A DNA stretch of 59,932 bases from Nitrososphaerota archaeon. Lineage in GTDB: Archaea > Thermoproteota > Nitrososphaeria > Nitrososphaerales > JAAOZN01. The position numbers and the translations under genes were made by a program. Location: contig JAAOZN010000008.1 in the NCBI GenBank assembly GCA_011605775.1, positions 1 through 59,932 of the forward strand, read 5' to 3'. Shown one piece after another: positions 54,693 to 59,932 of this stretch (position 1 is the stretch's first letter; the number at the start of each line of letters is the position of its first letter). Under the pieces are notes generated by a model. It was not told the origin of the DNA and ran no database searches. It saw only the letters and a program-made list of their open reading frames with translations.

Positions 54693-55421
54693 ATGCCGAA
54701 GCGTCAGTCTGCTAAGATCAAGGATAAGTGGAGGAGCAAGAGTTGGCTGATAGTTGAGGCTCCCCCATCTTTTGGCAGCACCCAAATCGGCTACATCCCG
54801 GTTACGGATGTGGAAAAGGCGGCTGGGCGAGTTGTCGAAACCACACTCTACGATATAGTTAAACAAGACCCTCAACAATACGTGTATAAACTATACTTTC
54901 AGATCACAGAGGTTCAAGACGGGGTAGCCAAATCCATACTCAAGGCATACGAATACTCTAGAGAGTATCTAAAAAGTCTTATACGTAGGGGCTCATCCAT
55001 GGTTACATTCATAAAAGACTATGTGACCAAGGATGGTATAACCGTTAGAGTATATGTAGTGGCCTTTACGCAAAGGAGGATAAACTCTTCACGTAAACAC
55101 GCAATCAGAATGGCGGCTGACAAAGTTCTTTTAGAGAAGACCGCATCCCTAACTTACGACCAGTTCGCCCAAGAGGCTGTGCTGAGCAAGATAGGCTCAG
55201 ACATCCATAATGAGGCCAGAAAGATCGCTGCCCTAAGACATGTTGGTATATTCAAATTCAAAATAGTGAAGGGCATACCGGTTATGGCTTCGGCTGCGAA
55301 TATAATTGAAACAGCAGCCAAAGAAGAGGCTGTGGTAGAAGAAGACGAAGAAGAGGAATTTGAAGAAGAGGTTGAAGAGTCTGAAGAAGAGGGTGGCGAA
55401 GCGGCGCCTCCTACAAATTAG
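54693..55421 (+). CDS. rps3ae: 30S ribosomal protein eS1 (S3Ae) with an acidic C-terminal tail
   Basis: KDKWRSKSWLIVEAPPSFG...GRVVETTLYDI matches S3Ae. The last ~35 aa are E/D-rich (EEDEEEEFEEEVEESEEEGGE). Confidence 0.85.
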   Translation: MPKRQSAKIKDKWRSKSWLIVEAPPSFGSTQIGYIPVTDVEKAAGRVVETTLYDIVKQDPQQYVYKLYFQITEVQDGVAKSILKAYEYSREYLKSLIRRGSSMVTFIKDYVTKDGITVRVYVVAFTQRRINSSRKHAIRMAADKVLLEKTASLTYDQFAQEAVLSKIGSDIHNEARKIAALRHVGIFKFKIVKGIPVMASAANIIETAAKEEAVVEEDEEEEFEEEVEESEEEGGEAAPPTN

Positions 55422-56623
55422 CCGCGTTTACCAGCCGCTACGATTTTTACTACTTGCCCATCTTCTAATACGTGGTCAGCACCCAATCTTACACCACTAA
55501 CCGCATCAACAGCATAGAGAAAAGTGTCGCCTAGATCAGTATGTATAAGGTAGGCTAAGTCTCTAGCCGTGGTGCCTTTTCGCACGACTTTGGCGTCTGG
55601 TAAAACATTACCTTTTTTATCAGAGAGCTTAGATTCGTCTTCGACTGGATAGACTACGATGCACTGTAGGAGCTGGAAATAGGCTCCGTTAATTGCTTGT
55701 TGAACGCCTGTTGAGCCCCATTTTGCAAGAACTCTACGTTCTATGAATTCTAAGGCTCTTTTCTGTTCCGCGGTAAGTTTTTCAGGCGCCTTGATTTTAA
55801 AGCTGCTATCTCCTGGTATATAGTCTATAAGCCCTTTTTCTGCTGCTCTTCTTAAAACGAGTTCAGCTTCTGAAGCGCAGGGGATCACTATTCTTCCAGT
55901 CTCTTTGAGTTTCGCTATATTCTTTTCTGAAGTAGGTAAGTCGCATTTATTTGCTGCTATAAGGCTCGGCTTCGAATTCCTCCTTAAATAGTCTACGAAG
56001 CGATCTATCTGCTCCTCAGACCACGTAGTTGGCTTCTCAGCCTTTAACCCAATCTTACCTATCGCCTCTTGTATCACTTGCTCACCAATACTCAAACCAC
56101 TTAATCTCTGCGCAAGCATAGGTGCTAGCCTATCCGCACCAGCCTCAACCGTTCTCGCAACTCTCTGCCAATCCTTCATAATTATCTGTTTGAGCCAAAG
56201 GTTGAACTCCCTTTCAACGAACTCCACATCTTTGAGCGGGTCGTGGCTGCCCTCTTGACACACCCTACCCTCTTCATCAGTTGAACCTGAAGCATCTACT
56301 ACATGTATTAAAGCATCCGCTTGCCTAAGGTCGTCAAGAAACTTATTCCCTAACCCCCGCCCTTGAGAGGCGCCGGGTACCAGCCCGGCCACATCCACCA
56401 GCTTGACTGGTATGAGTCTGACACCTTCTACGCAGATGGAGTTTACAGGGTTATCCTTCACGTTAAGTTTCTTGCAAACGCACTCTTTACGGAGATACGC
56501 TATACCGTAGTTTGGTTGGATCGTTGTGAAGGGGTAGTTAGCCATAGGGACATTCATTAGGGTTGCTGCGTTAAAGAAGGTTGACTTGCCCGTGTTAGGC
56601 TTACCTATTATGCCTACTAGCAT
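55418..56623 (-). CDS. Obg-family P-loop GTPase/ATPase, YchF/OLA1-like, with a C-terminal TGS domain
   Basis: [17 protein letters not shown] (G1), YPFTT, DVAGLV (G3), AANKCD (G4), and a C-terminal TGS-like [10 protein letters not shown]. The ATG at 56623 is preferred, because the longer ORF overlaps the divergent gene at 56688. Confidence 0.8.
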   Translation of the reverse strand: MLVGIIGKPNTGKSTFFNAATLMNVPMANYPFTTIQPNYGIAYLRKECVCKKLNVKDNPVNSICVEGVRLIPVKLVDVAGLVPGASQGRGLGNKFLDDLRQADALIHVVDASGSTDEEGRVCQEGSHDPLKDVEFVEREFNLWLKQIIMKDWQRVARTVEAGADRLAPMLAQRLSGLSIGEQVIQEAIGKIGLKAEKPTTWSEEQIDRFVDYLRRNSKPSLIAANKCDLPTSEKNIAKLKETGRIVIPCASEAELVLRRAAEKGLIDYIPGDSSFKIKAPEKLTAEQKRALEFIERRVLAKWGSTGVQQAINGAYFQLLQCIVVYPVEDESKLSDKKGNVLPDAKVVRKGTTARDLAYLIHTDLGDTFLYAVDAVSGVRLGADHVLEDGQVVKIVAAGKRG

Positions 56624-56687
56624 CACAGAGAATAGATAATCCGGAGAGTATAAAAAGGATGCTTTGCCGAGGCGCTTGTGATGCTGC

Positions 56688-57602
56688 TTGAAGGTGTTGG
56701 TCTGCGATCCGGTGTCAACCAAGTGTTTAGAGTTTCTGAAAGGCGCTGGGCTAGAGGTGTCGTACCAACCTAAGATATCTGCTGAAGATCTGATCAAGCA
56801 GATTCCAGATTACGATGTAGTGATAGTTAGAAGCAGAACAAAGATCACTTCACCTGTCATCGAAGCTGGTAAGAAGCTGAAGGTTATAGGGCGCGCAGGA
56901 ATCGGCTTAGACAACATAGATATGGAGGCTGCTTCTAAAAAGAACATTATTGTGGTCAACACACCGGAATCTTCAACACAAGCTGTAGCTGAGCTTACGA
57001 TCGGGTTGATGCTGAACCTAGCTAGGAAGATAACCCTTGGAGATCGAGGGATCAAAGAGGGATTGTGGCTGAAGAGCGAGATGATGGGTATCGAGCTTAA
57101 TGGTAAAACGCTAGGCATCATCGGGTTAGGTAGGATCGGTAGCAGAGTCGGAACGCTAGCAAAAGCTTTCGGCATGAAGATCCTTGTTCACGATGTAGCC
57201 CCCCTTCCAGAGCAGCTTATCAAATCGCTTGAAGCAGAGGTGGTCGATTTAGACACCTTACTCTCACGCTCAGACTTCGTCACATTACACGTCCCTCTCA
57301 CACCTCAAACCAGACATATGATGAACCGCGAAAGGCTAGCGAAGATGAAGAAGGGCGCATACCTGATAAACACCTCAAGAGGAGAGGTAGTTGACGAGGA
57401 AGCCCTTTACGAAGCCATCAAAGAAGGTCGGCTGGCTGGTGCTGCACTAGATGTGTTTGAGCACGAACCACCCACTTCTGAGGTTGTCAAGCTACCTAAT
57501 GTCGTCTGCACACCACATATTGGTGCGCAGACGGTTGAGGCGCAAGATGCTGCTGGGGAGATGCTTGCTAAGAAGATCATCTGTGCTCTGGGTTTAAGAT
57601 AA
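56688..57602 (+). CDS. D-isomer-specific 2-hydroxyacid dehydrogenase (3-phosphoglycerate-dehydrogenase-like, no ACT domain)
   Basis: GIIGLGRIGSRV NAD-binding motif, the catalytic R/E/H context (NTSRGEVVDE, LDVFE.EP, TPHIGA). 304 aa. Confidence 0.8.
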   Translation: MKVLVCDPVSTKCLEFLKGAGLEVSYQPKISAEDLIKQIPDYDVVIVRSRTKITSPVIEAGKKLKVIGRAGIGLDNIDMEAASKKNIIVVNTPESSTQAVAELTIGLMLNLARKITLGDRGIKEGLWLKSEMMGIELNGKTLGIIGLGRIGSRVGTLAKAFGMKILVHDVAPLPEQLIKSLEAEVVDLDTLLSRSDFVTLHVPLTPQTRHMMNRERLAKMKKGAYLINTSRGEVVDEEALYEAIKEGRLAGAALDVFEHEPPTSEVVKLPNVVCTPHIGAQTVEAQDAAGEMLAKKIICALGLR

Positions 57603-57641
57603 GTTTAAGTGTGGATGGTGGAGCCGGTTGTATGAGCGGTA

Positions 57642-58091
57642 ATGTATAGACATATCGCTGAATCTTGGCAGAAGATCTATAAAGAGAAGGCAGGAGATAT
57701 AGCCCAACGTGCCATACAGTGGAGAAAGGAGGGCGCAATAGTTAGGTTAGAGAAGCCGACCAAGCTACATAGGGCTAGAAGTCTAGGTTATAAAGCGAAG
57801 CAAGGGTTCGTAGTCGTTAGAGTCAGAGTAGGACGCGGAGGTAGGGTTCGTCTACGCCCGAGAGCTGGTAGAAGACCGAAGCATCTTGGTGTTGTTAAGA
57901 TTAAGCGCGCGATCAGCAGCCAAGAGATAGCGGAGAATAGGGCTGCGAGGAAGTACCCCAATCTTAAGGTGCTCGGCTCCTACTTCCTATACGAAGATGG
58001 TAAATATAGGTGGTATGAGGTTATAATGATCGACCCAGCCCATCCAGCTATCAAAAGCGATGTCAATGTGGGTAAGCTTGTGAGCAGCTAA
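57642..58091 (+). CDS. rpl15e: 50S ribosomal protein eL15
   Basis: [11 protein letters not shown]...[33 protein letters not shown] matches L15e. Confidence 0.9.
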   Translation: MYRHIAESWQKIYKEKAGDIAQRAIQWRKEGAIVRLEKPTKLHRARSLGYKAKQGFVVVRVRVGRGGRVRLRPRAGRRPKHLGVVKIKRAISSQEIAENRAARKYPNLKVLGSYFLYEDGKYRWYEVIMIDPAHPAIKSDVNVGKLVSS

Positions 58092-59362
58092 AACCCTGCT
58101 CTGAGCGGATCCTGCGGCTTCATAACTTCCCTAAGTAGTGATGTTATGTAGCAACCCTTTCCTAAGATGGTTTTGAGTAATAAGACCTCCTCTGCAACTT
58201 CTATGTGGAGTTCTGTTAGCAGAATGGTTGCTGCTCTAATATCTCCTCCTACACTCAACTCAGGCATCTCGTCGATGTAGAAGCTTCTGGGCGAACCCTC
58301 CTCCTCTAACAGAACCTTTGAGGCGTATAACCCAAGTCTACCAAAATCTTCCTTTTTGAAGTTGTAGCCTACGAGTGGGCAGAGCAGCACTACCTCCTTC
58401 GATTTGATCATCTTCTCCTCAGCCCTCTTAACACCTAGCATCCTTACCCCACGAACCTCTGCATACAGATCTGAGCGGTAGATTGACGATAGATCAGCGT
58501 CGTCTTCGATCGCTGCGCTTAGGGTTCTATTGAATATATAGGACTGGTAGGCGTTTACAAAGAGTCTTCTAACGCGCAGAGGTATCGACCTTATCGCCTT
58601 AATGTAGTTGTTGGGCTTAGCTTTAAGGCTTCTTAGAACTTGCCGCTCCAGATCTAGAGTTAGAGGTAGATCGTCGAGGTCTGCCTTTAGATGGTCTTCA
58701 CTCAGAATTCTTCTCGCTTGCTGGATATCGTCTTTCTCTTCATCCGTGGTGTAGGTTAGTAAGATATTGACCGCTTCATCGAACCGCCTTTTAACCAACG
58801 CCCTTCCTATTAGGTGTGTCACAGGTCTTCTTGAGCCGAAGCGTTGGTAACCAAAGTAATTCGGAACCCCCTTATCTACCACATTGTCGATTATGTGGGG
58901 TAATTTCTCCTCCCTTTCCACATCCCTTATCCTGATGTGGAATCTATTGCCTACGAGGTGTCTTCTGCTGAGAGGGTATGGTAGGTATCCTAGCTTCTTC
59001 AGCGTAAGCCTATCCGGTAGCCTGATCCGATCACGCTCAGATTCAGCTGCTATAGTTATGTACTGTGTGGTGATGGCGTTCGCATCTTTTATACCTAAGT
59101 AGTTGACCCTCGCACCGAAGCTTTTTTCAACGATCCTCACAGCGTGAAGGGTATCTAGTCCACGCTTAGTTAGGCTATAGAGTACGTAGGACCCCTGTTT
59201 CTTAGGCTGCTCAGAAACATGCTTGAATACAATATCATCTAAGACCTCTTCCACCAAAAAATCTTCTAAGACAGCACGCAGCCTCCCACCTATCCCTTCA
59301 TATGGGGTTGCGTAAACCGTCATCCCTATGCTTTTGTCAAGTGGTGGAGGCTTCAAGACCAT
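58088..59362 (-). CDS. truD: tRNA pseudouridine synthase TruD/Pus7 family
   Basis: FLVEE near the N-terminus, [11 protein letters not shown] (catalytic Asp context), [10 protein letters not shown] and NAYQSYIFN. Confidence 0.85.
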   Translation of the reverse strand: MVLKPPPLDKSIGMTVYATPYEGIGGRLRAVLEDFLVEEVLDDIVFKHVSEQPKKQGSYVLYSLTKRGLDTLHAVRIVEKSFGARVNYLGIKDANAITTQYITIAAESERDRIRLPDRLTLKKLGYLPYPLSRRHLVGNRFHIRIRDVEREEKLPHIIDNVVDKGVPNYFGYQRFGSRRPVTHLIGRALVKRRFDEAVNILLTYTTDEEKDDIQQARRILSEDHLKADLDDLPLTLDLERQVLRSLKAKPNNYIKAIRSIPLRVRRLFVNAYQSYIFNRTLSAAIEDDADLSSIYRSDLYAEVRGVRMLGVKRAEEKMIKSKEVVLLCPLVGYNFKKEDFGRLGLYASKVLLEEEGSPRSFYIDEMPELSVGGDIRAATILLTELHIEVAEEVLLLKTILGKGCYITSLLREVMKPQDPLRAGF

Positions 59363-59727
59363 TAAAGCAGCTTCAATTTACCTGTTATCGAGTCTACTTT
59401 ACTTGCTGGAGCAGGACCTATAGCTAGGCACGTAATGGTGCCTGGAGGCACCTGTGTGAGCCCTCTATCCTCTACAGTCGCTACCGGTAGATCGTTTTCC
59501 CTAGCTTCTTCCTCAACCTTCTTCAACTCCTCTAAAGATGGGACTTTGACAGCTATCTTCGCCATACCACTTTCCATCCAAGCCCGGTACCACTGCGGTT
59601 TATGCATCCTAGCTTCTTCAGCTGCTAGGATGGCTGCGTGCGCAGCTTGGACAGCGACCTTACCCCTACCCATCTTCAGATCTGTTCTGACTGCTATCAC
59701 TTGCTTATACTCCCAATGGCTTGACAT
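59362..59727 (-). CDS. pth2: Peptidyl-tRNA hydrolase, archaeal Pth2 type
   Basis: KQVIAVRTDLKMGRGKVAVQAAHAA, DRGLTQVPPGTITCLAIGP. 121 aa. Confidence 0.9.
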   Translation of the reverse strand: MSSHWEYKQVIAVRTDLKMGRGKVAVQAAHAAILAAEEARMHKPQWYRAWMESGMAKIAVKVPSLEELKKVEEEARENDLPVATVEDRGLTQVPPGTITCLAIGPAPASKVDSITGKLKLL

Positions 59728-59773
59728 AGGAAGGATATATATGTGATCTATCGGATAAGCCTTTGGTTAAACG

Positions 59774-59932
59774 ATGCATACAGTAGATTATGATGTGGTC
59801 ATAGCCGGAGGAGGGTTGGCTGGTCTACTAGCAGCAAGGGAGGTTGCTTCTAAAGGGTTGAATGTCGCTGTCTTCGAAGAGGATCTAGAAATAGGTGTAC
59901 CTGATAAGTGTGATGGGCTTGTGAGCATGAGA
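59774..59932 (+). CDS. FAD-dependent geranylgeranyl-reductase-family oxidoreductase (5' fragment, runs off the window)
   Basis: YDVVIAGGGLAGLLAAREVASKGLNVAVFEE is a GxGxxG FAD fold. The following DKCDGLVS is typical of archaeal GGR-like proteins. Only 53 codons are visible. Confidence 0.6.
   Translation, partial: MHTVDYDVVIAGGGLAGLLAAREVASKGLNVAVFEEDLEIGVPDKCDGLVSMR

Noticed and set aside
56624-56797. 58-codon N-terminal extension of the YchF-like ORF
   Set aside because: It overlaps the divergent dehydrogenase gene start (56688). The P-loop normally lies within the first ~10 residues, as it does from the ATG at 56623.
1-59932. Search by eye of all intergenic spacers for tRNA, rRNA, CRISPR repeats and long tandem repeats
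   Set aside because: None found. Spacers are short (mostly under 200 bp) and AT-rich with promoter-like boxes. A tRNAscan, Infernal and CRISPR-finder run would be needed for certainty.

Overview
This 59.9-kb window is an archaeal chromosomal segment. The archaeal call rests on eS4, eL32, eL19, eL15 and eS1 ribosomal proteins, RNase P Rpp29 embedded in the ribosomal-protein operon, an isopentenyl-phosphate-kinase mevalonate route, an archaeal-type SAM synthetase, Pth2, and unfused kae1 and bud32. The unfused kae1/bud32 suggests a TACK/Thermoproteota-like lineage, but that is inference. Coding density is high and I found no rRNA, tRNA or CRISPR array by eye. Core content: (1) a 19-gene uL22-to-uL15 ribosomal-protein operon plus secY (28.9-38.4 kb); (2) rps2, a MEMO-like gene, mvk, ipk and fni (14.9-19.2 kb); (3) a PurM-like gene followed by nadC, nadX and nadA (25.1-28.8 kb); (4) KEOPS genes kae1, bud32 and pcc1; (5) S15, a RecJ/GAN-like gene, Pcc1, SerRS and S3Ae in one tight block; (6) MAT, Rio2, TruD, Pth2 and L15e. 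Accessory or unusual content: (a) a HEPN/MNT pair at the left edge; (b) an iron cluster with an FTR1 permease, two regulators and a Dps-like ferritin; (c) a 73-76 bp MITE-like element in two inverted copies, each with flanking direct repeats (10.39 kb and 43.30 kb); (d) an MFS transporter gene broken at a T5G6 homopolymer that also forms a slippery heptamer; (e) a tightly packed three-gene module (12.5-14.8 kb) built around an HgdC/BcrAD-type ATP-driven [4Fe-4S] electron activator with an extra N-terminal Cys-containing domain, which resembles the methanogenesis-marker 5/15/17 group; (f) a low-GC island (43.4-51.1 kb) with a Liv-type ABC importer split over both strands, two ACMSD-family (de)carboxylase-like amidohydrolases and an AprA/AprB-like flavoprotein-ferredoxin pair; (g) a sharp strand-composition switch near 24.4-24.65 kb, GT-rich to AC-rich on the + strand, independent of gene orientation. 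Everything here comes from reading the sequence and translations. No database search was run, so family assignments are motif- and memory-based.
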